Counted from the first letter of the stretch, positions 11,428-23,101 are shown. The stretch is DNA of 64,000 bases from Rebecca billardiae RCC1528 (GCA_965240325.2 OZ251225.1:1674001-1738000), one strand, 5' to 3'. Notes: generated from the letters alone by a model not told the origin. Made by a program: numbers and translations.

Positions 11428-12050
11428 CCGCCAGGCAACCGACCTGCTAGTAGTACCGCGCAGTGATGAATCATGAAGTGAAACGCGCGCAGCATATGCC
11501 TGGCATCCCTGATGATGGCTGATAAACAAGCATATCAGTGATGATTCAGCGCAGACACATTCCGCGCGATTCAGATGCGCGCAGTCTCAAGTGATATGCG
11601 CTAGCAGACTGTGTACGCAGCTCAGCGCTGCGTTTTTCCACGGGCCGGTCCGCCAGACCGCGAAACAATTCACGCATTTTCAGAGCGAGTCGCGGCTCCG
11701 CCTTCCCATTGGTCGGTTGGGGGGGGATCGAAAAATGAGCGGTCGCCAAAGTGAGACATATTATCTCAATACCATCAGGCGAAAGACTGGAATCAGGAAG
11801 AAAACGAGCCAATGGTCGTCCCGGAAGGCATGATGGCTTGGCCGCAATCTCCTTAGCATCTCAGCAATCTTCGCTCCTTTTTTGTGTCCTTCTCCACCTC
11901 CACGAGGCCTGGACGAGATCGCTTGCGAGCGGAAGGGCTTCGGGTCGAGACTCGAGTAGAGCGCGTCAAAGCGAGGGGAGCCGCTGGCTCGCTGGCTCCG
12001 TGAGGTTCAAGGCAGCTAGCCGCCGACGCTGATGGCGAAGACGGCGGCTG

Positions 12051-12770
12051 GCCAAGGGCCGTAAGGGCACCCAACTCCCAGTGCGGCCAGCTCGGAGGTT
12101 GAGGTGCCTCTGTCTGTCTCGTGGCCTCGCGACTCGCGTCCGGCCGGCGTGCTTCAAACGCTGCGCGAGGGCGCGACGTCGAGCGCTCTGCCTGGATGAC
12201 TGGCGGCGATGCCGAACCCGGACGGCTCGCCGCTGAGCGGCGCGGGTCAAGGCTCTCCTGACACGCGCGTGAGTCCGCCAGGCTCGCCTCTTTCGCCTCT
12301 CGGCCCGTGCAATCGGCAGTTGCCAACGCGGCGCGCGAGCTCACTCGTGCCGTGCGCGCCAGCAGCAAACGGAGCGCTCGGGCTGCTTGCACCGGGCACG
12401 CAGGGGCAAGCGTGGGCGCCCGCCCGCACTTTGGCTTGTAGGCCCCTACGGGCAGCCTCCATGTCCGCCTGACTCACTTCCGTTCCCGGCGGTCGGCTGC
12501 TCGACTCGTCGCGCGTCCGGTGGCCTCAGCCGAGCTGCGCTCGGCTCGCCCCCACCTCCGCCTCCACCTCCGCCTCGCCATCAGCACTGTCCGCCTCGCC
12601 CGCCGCCCGCCGCCCGCCGCGCGCCGCCCGCCGCGGCGCCCCGTCATGCCCGCACCCTCGCCTCCCGCGTCTTCGGCGACGGGCCACTCACCGCGGGCAC
12701 TCACGGAGGCGAGCACAACAGAGGCGCCCCAACCTCCGCACTGGGAGTTGGGTGCCCTTACGGCCCTTGG
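12051..12770. repeat. Inverted pair of a ~55-60 bp hairpin-forming repeat (12051-12112 and 12717-12770)
   Basis: GCACTGGGAGTTGGGTGCCCTTACGGCCCTTGG occurs near 12738 and as its reverse complement at 12051. Confidence 0.85.
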
Positions 12771-14399
12771 GCTGGCGATGGTCGCAACTCAAGTGGGATT
12801 GGGGATTGGAAGATGGGCTGAAAGACCAGGCATCGTATTCAACTCCAGCCGACCAACACTGCAGCTCTGTGATGCGGGCCCGGCCACTGTACTGTACACG
12901 GCAGGCCCCGGGCTTGCGTCGCGCCGCAGGTTGGGGTCGCCGGCCTTCCTATAGGCGCTCACCACGGCTCTTGCGACGGTGACGGTGACATGGATGAAGA
13001 CGATGGCGACGCCTTTCACCACGCTGCCTCTGCGTGGCCAGACTGGCTGCGCAGTCGATCGGCCGGATGCACATCAAAAGGGTGGTGGCGGGCCGGTCCG
13101 CGGCGGGCAAGCTCATCATGTCGTTAGGGCCTGGCGTCCGCGGCATGTGCCGTTTTCACCTCCCGCAGGTCGCATTTGAGCTGATGGAGTTATGCGGCGA
13201 CGTCCTCAAGACCGGGCCAGATGATCACAGCGTGGAGTGCAACGCTTGTTTTGCCGGGCGGTGAGCCGCGCGTGTTGATTCGCCGCGAATGATCGCTCGG
13301 CGACGACGACTACCGCTCGTCGACTATACGGGATTACGGCCGCGTACGTACTGCTATAATAACGGCGGTATAACTATCGGACCGTGTAGTAGTACCGGCG
13401 GGCCGTGGCGCGCCGCCGAGTCGTGCCGATTCCAGGACGGTATTTCGCCTATTCGTTCCGACGACTCATCCGACGTCGGCGGCCCGCGCGCGCATGTTAG
13501 CCCGTTATTATTACTCGTCGTTGTTCACCTACTCCTGAACTCCTCATCCCGATCCGAGTCCGACTCAGAAGTCAGTGTCAGATCCGGGCGCTGCGCCATC
13601 AGTGCGGGCGGCGTCACCACTTCTGTCGCCGCCGGCGGAACGTCTCCGCCGCCGGTCGGACCGGCGCTAGAAGTCGTAGATGAATTGCTGGCGCTGTTGC
13701 TAGATCCGAGTATCCGTCAGACGTGATGGCACCGTGTCCCGTGATGGGACATGAGTCTGGTCCGGCGGCGGCACTCGCCAATCGCGAAAGTTCGACACGC
13801 GGTGACTGCATGCTCTGATGATGATCGTCATCTGTATATTGAGTGACTGGCGGGCAGCAGAGTGACGACGACGCCCACCGCGCTGTCGTCCGTCTAGTGC
13901 CAAGCTCCCAAGAGTCGTCGCGGGCCTTTGACGCGGGGCGCCGTGCGCACCGGCGCTGCAATAACTCGCCAACTCGGCATCGTCACGAGTCTGCACGGGC
14001 CTCGGCCGATTTGGTGAACCCAGCGGCGTGCACTGCCGCGAGCGTGCTGCCCGGGCTGACCTTGGATTCGATGCCAGAGTGATAAGACATGACAATTCCA
14101 TAGTCTGTGCTTGCCCTCCCCACTACCCGCGTACGCCGCGAGTGCCTCCGTACGAGTTCATGGCCGCGTAGAACGGCGCACCGTGCGGCGGGCGACGAGG
14201 CCGCACTCGTGAGCTGCATGCTGCATCCAGGCAACGCCTTGGACGCGTACCTGTGCTTCCTGAGAAGGCGGGCCTCACGCCTGGCTGCGCTGGTGTCGGT
14301 GGACGCCCTGAGCTTCACCGCAGCCAGCCCACCCTGGGCGTCGACAACCTTGTTTACAAACCGTGCCGTGCAGGAGCCCGCTCCCACAAGCTGCTCTCA

Positions 14400-14740
14400 C
14401 AGTGAGCCGCAGCTGGGACATCCATCTGTTCGGCCTCCTCGCTGGGGAGCGTCAGGTCGAGCGCCGGAACTTCCGACTTGCGCGAGCCCAGCAGCCGGCC
14501 GAGCGGCGCCCAGCCGCGCGCGCTCTCCCCCTCCGCGCGGCGCAGCGTGAATGAAGGCGGGCGCGCACGACGTTGATTGAGAAAGAGCTCCTCCTCCTGC
14601 ACGCGCAGGCTCCACAGCACAAGCGCGCCCGATGCGAAGAGGAAAGCATCGAAGGGTGCGGGCAGCGCGTGCTCGTCGCGCTCCCACTGAGAGCACGACG
14701 TGGGCAACGTGAACGTCACGTGCCGACGGGCGTCGGTCAG
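14400..14740 (-). pseudogene. Fragment of an RMD1/RMND1 (DUF155)-like gene
   Basis: DAFLFASGALVLWSLRVQEEELFLNQ then a GTGCGC-starting intron-like stretch, then LPSEEAEQM; no coherent start or 3' continuation. Confidence 0.5.
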
Positions 14741-16200
14741 ACGACGTGGACGGGAGGCGAGCAGCGCGGCGGAGGAGACGTGGGTGCCAGTGAGCGTGCA
14801 CGGCGCGGACGGCTCCCCGCCGCAGGGCGGCGTCGTGTGCTCGCCCGCCGGCCGCCTCTCTAGGATCCTCAGAATCCTCAGAAGTCCGCCTCGCCGGGCC
14901 GCGTTGAGAGCCCCAACTGAAAACTCCCAAGGGGGGCTTCCAGGTCTTGCATCTGAAGACCACGATCTCCGTCCGATCTTCGTTTAGTCTATTGGTGCGA
15001 CGAAGCAGGAATGTGATTTTCTTTTGTCCTCCGCGTGTCGATCTCGCCGGCTCGCAAGCCAAGCCTTTCAGAAACGCGGCGACGGCTCCGCGGGACGATC
15101 CGCGGATTCACAGACGAATCATCAGCAGTCATCAGAATGATGAATAACTGAAAATAATATTATATATTAATAATCAGATTATTAAATGAGGCCCGGCTGA
15201 TGGGGCGCACCCGCCGCAGCCTGACCGCGGACTAATTCTATGATTTAACGACACAGGCACGATGGGACGGCGTGGTCACCGACACCGTAGCTAATATTAA
15301 TTCTATCACAGTCTAAGTTCTATCTAGATATATCTCTATGCACTTGCAGCGGATCCGGGATCGATCGGTCATCGGCGGCGGATACGTACTAAGAGTAAGA
15401 GACCGTATCATAGCCAGTGACCGTCCGTACGATTCACACTCTGACCTGGCGGCTGTCAGTACCGTCACAGACTGACGGACGTCGGAGTAAGCTACTGTAA
15501 CTACTGTGAGATTCGAGTCGTATCCGCGCGCGGTATCCGCTGCCGGGAGCGCGCGCTGGCCGCCGCCCGAAGCCCGCTCGCGATAGAGTACTGTGTGTCG
15601 CGTCGGCAATAGTAATCATAATCTTATGTCACCGGGTCACTTGTCAGGTGCCGGTCGTCGCATGCACTTACTGGCGGGCCTGACGACGTCGACGACGACT
15701 TGTAGTTGGCGACAAGTCAACGTGCTCACAGTCACTCCGCTCACACCACCACTGCTGCAAGCTTCGACCAGTACCACGACAGACGAATCAGGAGAGCTGC
15801 GCCCTCGTGCCTGTGTCTTTATCAATATATATATATACTACGAATTGATCGGCGCGCGGGCTGATGTGCCTACTACTGTATGCCGTTAGTCCGAGTCCGA
15901 CGGACTCGGACCGGACTCGCGAGTCTGACCGGGAGAGTGACCGGCCACCGGGCGCGCGCTGAGACCGACGGCTTCAGTGTCTCAGACACACACGGCCTAA
16001 ATGGGCCTTGGACTTGGTTGACTGTCACAGTCCTGTCACAGTACCGGCAGTATGCTGGCTATGGTGCCACAGCCCAGAGTGATGACGCTGACCCAGTGAC
16101 GTCAGGTGAGAAACGTTCGCCTCACGTGACTACTGTAGTTACGGGAACGACGGGCACGCCGCTGATAGTAACGGGTTTGCAAGCCCAAGGCCTTGACTTT

Positions 16201-16737
16201 TCAGATGAGCCCCTTCAGCCGTGTCTCCTTGTGGATCTCGTATGCGCCGAGTGTGGCGAGGTAGTCGCCTGTCACGGGGCACTTGTATTTACCAGGCAAG
16301 CCGGTAAGGTAGCAGAACTTCCGCGGTGGCCGGGTTGATGGTTTGACAGCTGCCGTTGCGTATGTCGGTACCCAGCTTGGGTACTTGTGGTACTGCTCCT
16401 CGTCGACAACCTCGTCGAATGACTTGGTGCGCGCGGCTTCGTCGCGTGCGCTGTCACCGCCGTGCCGAGTCTTCTTCTTCTTCTGCTGCTTCGCGCCACC
16501 CTTCTTCTTCGACGGCTTGCGGTCGCCCAGGAAGAGCTCCTCGTCATCATCGTCATCGCCGGGCACGTACTCGTCATCATCCGCGTCGACGACGTCCTCT
16601 TGCCAGTTGTCGCGCTCCAGGGCGTCGAGCCTTTTCCTCTTCAGCTCCTGGCGCGTGTGGTCATCGAAGACGCGCACCTTGTCGCTCAGCTGTCGCGTAC
16701 GCGTCGAGGACCGCTTGGCTTTGTCTTCGGCCGACAT
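16201..16737 (-). CDS. ZNHIT1: SWR1 complex subunit SWC6/ZNHIT1 orthologue with degenerate HIT finger
   Basis: RVFDD...KRLDALERDN, Y.TAAV.PS.RPPRKFC and HKETR match the ZNHIT1/SWC6 layout. Confidence 0.8.
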   Translation of the reverse strand: MSAEDKAKRSSTRTRQLSDKVRVFDDHTRQELKRKRLDALERDNWQEDVVDADDDEYVPGDDDDDEELFLGDRKPSKKKGGAKQQKKKKTRHGGDSARDEAARTKSFDEVVDEEQYHKYPSWVPTYATAAVKPSTRPPRKFCYLTGLPGKYKCPVTGDYLATLGAYEIHKETRLKGLI

Positions 16738-16880
16738 CGTGTTCCGTCAGCCCGAGTGGAGAAAGCCCGCGTCGGGCGGCTGGCCATGTGTCCGCAGCCG
16801 CGCCACTGGTCAGCACCCAGCAAGGAACTGGACCGCCGCCGTCGTCGTCGCGCCAACCGCGCGCTCGCAACACTCCTCCA

Positions 16881-17372
16881 ATGCGCATCTATCGCTCGCC
16901 CTGGGTGAGAGCGGTCCGGATGGTCCTGCGCGCCAAGGTGCTGCAGCTTGGCTGCCTGGTTGGTGCCGCATCGCCCGCGGTCCTCGCCACTAAGCGCGAG
17001 CCCGTCACGTTCACGGACAAATTAATCGTGGGCACATCCTGCTGCGGTTCACTCGTCGTCGCGGCAACGTTGAATTTCTTGTCCAGGCGTTTCGTCGGCG
17101 AAATGCGTGTGCTCAGGGCTGAACAGCGCCTCGTCGTGAGCACGCTGTCTGTGTGGGGCAGCCGCATCGACAAGTCCTTTCCTCTAGCTTCTGTCGTCGC
17201 CCTGCCACTCCCCATTTTGCGGTCGCGCAAAGCGGTGCCCCTGACATTTGCAGACGATCCAGGCACGCAGCATGTCGTGCTGCTGCGCGACGATCACATC
17301 AACGACAGGCTCCTACTCGAGCAGGCCCTCTCTGGCAGTGAGATACCTGCGAAGGCTGATCTGGAGCCGTGA
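16881..17372 (+). CDS. TMEM186: TMEM186/TMEM70-family mitochondrial membrane protein
   Basis: IYRSPW..VRMVLRAKVLQ, two hydrophobic helices, LSRRFVG, STLSVWGSR. Confidence 0.7.
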   Translation: MRIYRSPWVRAVRMVLRAKVLQLGCLVGAASPAVLATKREPVTFTDKLIVGTSCCGSLVVAATLNFLSRRFVGEMRVLRAEQRLVVSTLSVWGSRIDKSFPLASVVALPLPILRSRKAVPLTFADDPGTQHVVLLRDDHINDRLLLEQALSGSEIPAKADLEP

Positions 17373-18179
17373 TCGGAGGTCATCCCACTCATCGGTCAGC
17401 CCCGGGCACAGCTTCGAGCTCGCATTGCAGCGCAGCAGCCGCTCGTGGCACGACCCAGCAATTAGCGTTGGGCTGTCTGCGTGCCCCGACCTCCACACAT
17501 GATCGGGAACATGCGATGGTCGAGCACGTCCTGCGCACGCAGTTCCACTGCGCGCCGCAGCTGTCACTGTCAGCCGTGTGCGGCGCGAGCAGCCGAGCAC
17601 GCAGCAGCTGGCTGCACGAGACTGTGCACCGCCGGCGGTTTGCTGCTGACGCGCCTGCGCAGCCTGAAAGGCCAAGTCGCTCTGAGAATGCCACCACTAG
17701 TGTGGTACTAGTTACTACTGTTAATAATATGCTATATATATATATCATATATTTAGATTCTACCGTACTCCGATTCTCATCTGAGAGTGGCGTTATCATC
17801 AGTGCCGCGCCATCAGATTCAGAGACGGACTGCCCGGAGTAGCATATACGCGGTCCGGTCAGTCTAACTAAGTCTAACACGGCATATCAGCTGACACGGT
17901 GACGTTCACGACAGGACAGGGAGTGGCAGGGGCTGGGCCTGGTGCCCTCCGCAGCCGTGGAGTGCTGACAGTGCACAAGCAGGGCTGGTGATGATGAACT
18001 GTTTACTAAGAGTATGAGACGCACACAGCTCAGGCAGGCGAGATTGACGCCGCCCGCCAACTGTCACCCGCCCATGAAGACAGTGATGAAGCCCAGCTGT
18101 TGCATGCGTGGTGACCGTGGTGACGAGATCACGTCATCACGACTCAAGAGAAGGATGAAGGCGGCAGCAACTTGGCACG

Positions 18180-19550
18180 ATGGCGGCGGCGCACGGCCGG
18201 GAGGACACACGACATGCCGCTGCGCTCGCCGGTCGCTCGCCGGTAGTGAGCTTGGTGACGCTCACGGTGGTAGCTTCGCTGTCGGGTATCGGGAACGGCT
18301 TCAACCTCACGCTCCCCGCCGCGATCGGTCCGGTGCTCGCCTCGCACTTCCGCCTGAGCCTCGCACAGGAGGGGCTGCTCGCCGCTGCAGTGTACGCAGG
18401 CGCCGTCGTTGGCTGCCTCGTCGGCGGTGGGCTCGTCGAATGGCTTGGGCGCGTACGACCGATCATCGTGGGCGAGACGCTTCTCCTCGCATCCGCGCTT
18501 GCATCGGCGCTGGCGCCGACCGCGCAGACGTTCGCTGCCGCGCGCGCGGCGGCCGGCGTCGCAGTTGGTATCTGCATCGTTGGCAAGCCCATCTACCTGT
18601 CAGAGATGGCGCCGCTTGCCGAGCGCGGGACGCTCATGAATCTGCTGCCGGTGTTCATGTCCATCGGAGCCCTGCTCACGCACGCCGCGCGAGCCTCGCT
18701 CCCGACGTGGCGACACGTCGTGGTATTGTCAGTCGTGCCCCCAGCCCTCCTTCTGGCTGTCGCGTGCCGGCTGCCGGAGGGGCCGACGCGGGTGCATGCG
18801 TTGCCGCGCTCGTCCTCACAAGGAGGCAGAGACCGCGTGCCACTCGTCGCGCACCCGGCCTCCACCCTCGACGGCCTCGTCATCATCTGGCACGACCGAC
18901 CGTCGCGCCGCGCCGCGTTCGCGTCGCTCGCGCTCCTGCTCGCACACCAGGCAAGCGGCCCGGTCGCCATACTCGCACACGCGCTCGCGCTCGCCAACAA
19001 CATTGACGCGCGCACGAGCGCATCGCCACTCATAACGCCGGCCGCGGCGACGCTCGCGCTGAGCGTGTGCCACCTCGTCACGGTGGTCCCGTCTCTCACG
19101 CTCGTCAACCGCGCGCCGCGCACGCTCCTGTTGCGCTCGGCGCTGGCGGCCATCGCGCTGCTTGAGGGCGGCCTGGCACTGCTGCTTGCGGGCGGCCGCG
19201 CGCTCAGCCCTGTGGCAGCCGTCGGCGCGCACGTCCTCGTGATGCTGAGTGTCGCCGCATACCAGCTTGGTGTGGCTGGCACGTTCTGGGTCACGACGGC
19301 TGAGATCTGGCCGGCGCGCACGCGTGCCATCGGCCTTAGCGCGTGCTACGCCCTCGTCTTCGGAGCGTGCACGCTCTCTCTGTTTGTGTGGCCTGCGCTC
19401 ACGCACGCGCTCGGCCTCGGCGGGGTGGTCGCGCTCCTCTCCGCGCTCGCAGTGCTCGCGCTTGGTGCGTGTTTCCGGCTGGTGCCAGAGACATCGGGGC
19501 TGCCTCTCGGCACAGTCTTCGCGGAGGCCGATCATCCTGGGGATGACTAG
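18180..19550 (+). CDS. MFS sugar-porter family transporter
   Basis: About 12 hydrophobic segments; EWLGR, YLSEMAP..RG, LPE, EIWP..TR and VPETSG motifs. Confidence 0.9.
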   Translation: MAAAHGREDTRHAAALAGRSPVVSLVTLTVVASLSGIGNGFNLTLPAAIGPVLASHFRLSLAQEGLLAAAVYAGAVVGCLVGGGLVEWLGRVRPIIVGETLLLASALASALAPTAQTFAAARAAAGVAVGICIVGKPIYLSEMAPLAERGTLMNLLPVFMSIGALLTHAARASLPTWRHVVVLSVVPPALLLAVACRLPEGPTRVHALPRSSSQGGRDRVPLVAHPASTLDGLVIIWHDRPSRRAAFASLALLLAHQASGPVAILAHALALANNIDARTSASPLITPAAATLALSVCHLVTVVPSLTLVNRAPRTLLLRSALAAIALLEGGLALLLAGGRALSPVAAVGAHVLVMLSVAAYQLGVAGTFWVTTAEIWPARTRAIGLSACYALVFGACTLSLFVWPALTHALGLGGVVALLSALAVLALGACFRLVPETSGLPLGTVFAEADHPGDD

Positions 19551-20170
19551 GGCGCCCGGCTAGAGCAGGCGGACAGCTCACAGCTGAGACTGTCAAATGA
19601 CGACTACTGTATGATACAGTACAGCAGACAGTAACAGTAGCTGCTCTGATCTAGATCATCCCGTCTTTCGAGTTTCGTCAGGCCGGGAGTCCCGGACATG
19701 ATAAGTTATTAAGTGACATCACTGCTGATGATAACGATCTTTAATAATTCGTGACGATCGTCTACTGTGACTGTTGACCGCCACCGGACCCGGTGACCGG
19801 AGTCAGCTGCTCACCGTAACTCTATAAGACTCTAGTACGACTCATCTGATACGTACTACTAGCCGTATTAATTGTACTACAGACGAGTCGTACTATATAT
19901 AAGTACTCCGACTGCTGACGACATCGATGTGACATTGAGATGTCAGAGATCGTTGACAGCGGTCTGCTCCGCATCACGAACCCGTATCAGAGCTCTTCCG
20001 TTGGCATCATAGACCGGCCGATGAGGCAGCATTGTGACGGCCTGGCAGCAGCATGGCGGTGTCATCAGTCCTAGTGCGCGTGTGGTGGGATTGACGCGTC
20101 GCGCGCACTCAGCATGGCACGGCTGCCTTCCATGTGGACCTATCTGACGCCCGATCACTCACGACGTCGA

Positions 20171-20736
20171 TCACCTGTGCCCTTTCTTCTCTGCAATCGC
20201 GCGCGCACGAGGGCACGCGTGTCGGCCAAACGCCCAGGCATGTGTGATGTCAGCCGCGCAGCCGTGTGGGCATGGGATCTGCCGCACGCAACGAACGGGA
20301 ACGGAACGAAGGCGCGCGGGGGGGCGCGCACGCACTTGGCTTCTCCGTGAGCTCCGCGTACTTGAGGTTGAGATCACCGCCGGTGCCCTGTACCCTGCTG
20401 GCAAACTTGGCTTCCATTAGTGTTGCCAGCTTCTTCTGCGTGACGTGGAGCTTCTCCTGGTCCCTGCGCTTCTCGATCTTCTTCGCGGGGAGGTCAAGCT
20501 CTGCGCAGTGCGCGCGATGGATACGCAGGGCGGGCGCACGACCCCCGCCATCGATCCCAGCGCCTGAGTAAACGAGGATGCCCAAGCACGCTGGGGCGTG
20601 CGCACGTCGTGCGCGCAGGCCGCAGCCACGCACTGCCGGGTTTGAGCTTCTGCTGGTCGCCGCGGACGGGCTTTTGCGGCTTCACGTGTATTCTCTTGTT
20701 CTTGTTCAGCTTCTTCAGCTTGTCCCCCTGCGCCAT
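20171..20736 (-). CDS. Small basic UPF0390/DUF2462 (C19orf53-like) protein, 3 exons (introns 20633..20501, 20335..20191)
   Basis: MAQG start, Lys-rich; splicing gives ...KLKPGKLDLPAKK...KKLATLMEAKFASR...KPKKKGHR*. Confidence 0.75.
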
Positions 20737-20899
20737 CGTTCGGTACGCCCGCCCGCGAGTAGGACCGTGGATCCAGACCGAGACAGGTGGACGTGCACAA
20801 AGCACGTGGTCCGGGCGCTCGCTGCAGACCTGGCGGTATTTGCTTTCCGGACTCGGGCGCACGCCCGGCTTCGCCGGTCGTGAGGACGTGAGGACGAGG

Positions 20900-22984
20900 A
20901 TGTGGCGGGGCGAGGTCGTCGCAGCGGAGTCGCCGCTGGCTGCCCTGGCAGATGGCTGGCGCGAGAGCGACGAGACGCTGGAGCAACTCATGCACGCCTA
21001 TGCCGTCGACTCGCGTGCAAGGACCCGCCCAGCACGGGTCGAACGGGTCGAGCAGGCTGTCGTCGGCAAGCTGGTCGCCGAATGGAGGAAGCATGCAGCG
21101 GATGGCGGTGACGATGCACTCGGCGCTCTGCGTGACCTCGGGCAGCAGCTCGGGCTGCGATTGCACGGCAACACGAAGCGCGATGGCTGGCTCGATGCTA
21201 TCGAAGCCCGATTGCACGAGCACCCGACCACCTGTGTCGAGCTGGCTGTGCTCAGGTCTCGGCTTGCGCGCGCAGAGGAGCGAGCACGCGTCGCGGAGCA
21301 GGCCTTGTCGCACAGCACGCCGACGAAGCCTTCGCGGTCGATAGAGGACGATCTCTCCGCCTCGAAGACGGGGCTTGCCCGTCCCGTGCCGGCGCCCACC
21401 GGCGCCTCCGTGGAGGGCACCGACAGTGCTCTGTGCGGCGCAGACACGTCGGGGACTGTGCTCTGCGCGGCGCAGACGGCAATCAACGTCGCGAGTTGGA
21501 ACGTGCGCAAATTCACGTACAAGGACCGCGACGAGGACGCGGTCCGCGTGGCGTTCCTCGCCGACGAGCTCACCTACGCGGGCGACCCGCCGCACCTCCT
21601 CTTCCTCCAGGAGGTCCAAGTCGGCGCGCACGGCGAGCGCGCGGTCGAGGAGCTGGTGCATGCGGTTGCCGAGCGCGCGCCCACGTGCCGCCTGCGCTTC
21701 CAGCTCTCGGCGCATGCCGGGAACAACGAGCGGTACGCGGTGGTGTGGGACGCGGGCGTGCTCGGAGACGAGCCGCCTTACCTCGAGCTCTGGTCGGACC
21801 CCCTCGGCGACGACGGCCTGCCGTTTGGCCTTGCGATCGCCGCCACCGACCGCGCCGCGCTCGAGGAGCTGTGGAGGCAGACGGCGGACAAGGCGGCCTT
21901 CGCGCGGATGCCGCTGCTCGCGCGCTTCCGGTCGCACCCGGCGGTGTTCTGCACGGTGCACCTGTCGGCGGACGAGAGCAAGGCGGTCTGGGCCGTCGCC
22001 GAGGCGCTGTCGCTCCAGGCGCTCTGCCTGGCCACGAGCGCGGGCGACACAGCCGACCCTCGTTGCAGCGAGGGCGTGCCCATGGTCCTGTGCGGCGACT
22101 TCAACGAGGACCAGTGCTCGCACGGCCAGTGGAGCGAGGATGGGCGGTGCGAGGTCGCGCGACGATTCCCGCGCCTCGCAGCTCTGCAGGACCGCTTCTT
22201 CCGCAGCTTCCACCGGTGCATCGCGCGCCGGTACGCCACCAACCTGTACCCTCTCTTCAGGGTGGGCAAGCACAATGACAACCTCTGGATCTCAGGCCGG
22301 CACTTTGATCTCGAGTCGGTGCTGCCGGTCGTGGGGCCGGCGCAGCAGCTCTACCTGTACGTGACGCGCAGGGTGACAACGCAGAGCACGCGCTTGGAGG
22401 TGAACGACGTGGCGCTGAGCGTCTTCACCGACCACCGGCTCATCCACATCATCCTCGCGCCCATCGAGGTGCGCCGCTCGGGTGCGGAGGCTGAGGCCGA
22501 GGCCGACGCCGATGGGCCGGCCGCGGCAGGCACGGGCACTGCTGAGCGATCGACGGCGCATGGGCGACGGGATGGGCCCGTGGACCAGGACGCGCCTGGC
22601 ACAATCAGACGCCCGCGCGGAAGGGCGCCGAAGGGCCAGGACTGGGACCCAGCCGAGGGCAAGTGGGTTCCCACGGCTGACGCAGCCGACGGCGCGCACG
22701 ACGCGCCCAAGCCCGGAGCAGATGTGACGGTGCCGTCCTACTTCCGGCAGCCGAGGGGCCGGCCTCCAAAGGGCAAGACGTGGGACACGGCGACGGGAGT
22801 GTGGCAGGACGTGGGCAGTGCCAGCGCGGAGGCCCCCGCGGAGGCGCGCGCGAGCAGTGGTGGCAGCAGGAGCAGCAGCAGCCAGCAGCACGCGATGCCG
22901 CCCGCCATGCGGCCCGTGCGCAGGCCGCCCGGACGGCCTCCCACGGGCAAAGTGTGGGACGGGGTGGTCGGTGAGTATGTGTAG
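20900..22984 (+). CDS. Endonuclease/exonuclease/phosphatase (EEP, DNase I-like) protein with three C-terminal AT-hook/WD..G.W repeats
   Basis: VASWNV, LFLQEV, TVHL, CGDFN, DNLW and TDH catalytic motifs are intact; three RPxGRxPxGxxWD..G repeats. Confidence 0.85.
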   Translation: MWRGEVVAAESPLAALADGWRESDETLEQLMHAYAVDSRARTRPARVERVEQAVVGKLVAEWRKHAADGGDDALGALRDLGQQLGLRLHGNTKRDGWLDAIEARLHEHPTTCVELAVLRSRLARAEERARVAEQALSHSTPTKPSRSIEDDLSASKTGLARPVPAPTGASVEGTDSALCGADTSGTVLCAAQTAINVASWNVRKFTYKDRDEDAVRVAFLADELTYAGDPPHLLFLQEVQVGAHGERAVEELVHAVAERAPTCRLRFQLSAHAGNNERYAVVWDAGVLGDEPPYLELWSDPLGDDGLPFGLAIAATDRAALEELWRQTADKAAFARMPLLARFRSHPAVFCTVHLSADESKAVWAVAEALSLQALCLATSAGDTADPRCSEGVPMVLCGDFNEDQCSHGQWSEDGRCEVARRFPRLAALQDRFFRSFHRCIARRYATNLYPLFRVGKHNDNLWISGRHFDLESVLPVVGPAQQLYLYVTRRVTTQSTRLEVNDVALSVFTDHRLIHIILAPIEVRRSGAEAEAEADADGPAAAGTGTAERSTAHGRRDGPVDQDAPGTIRRPRGRAPKGQDWDPAEGKWVPTADAADGAHDAPKPGADVTVPSYFRQPRGRPPKGKTWDTATGVWQDVGSASAEAPAEARASSGGSRSSSSQQHAMPPAMRPVRRPPGRPPTGKVWDGVVGEYV

Positions 22985-23032
22985 ATAACTATAGCGCTGC
23001 TGGCTACTTCCATTAATGAGCTGCTACTATAG

Positions 23033-23033
<1 letters not shown>

Positions 23034-23098
<65 letters not shown>
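23034..23098. repeat. (TA)n microsatellite
   Basis: About 32 TA units, seen directly. Confidence 0.98.

Positions 23099-23101
<3 letters not shown>

Noticed and set aside
11700-11880. AT-richer segment considered as 5S or snRNA
   Set aside because: No match to conserved 5S, U1-U6 or U3 motifs on either strand.
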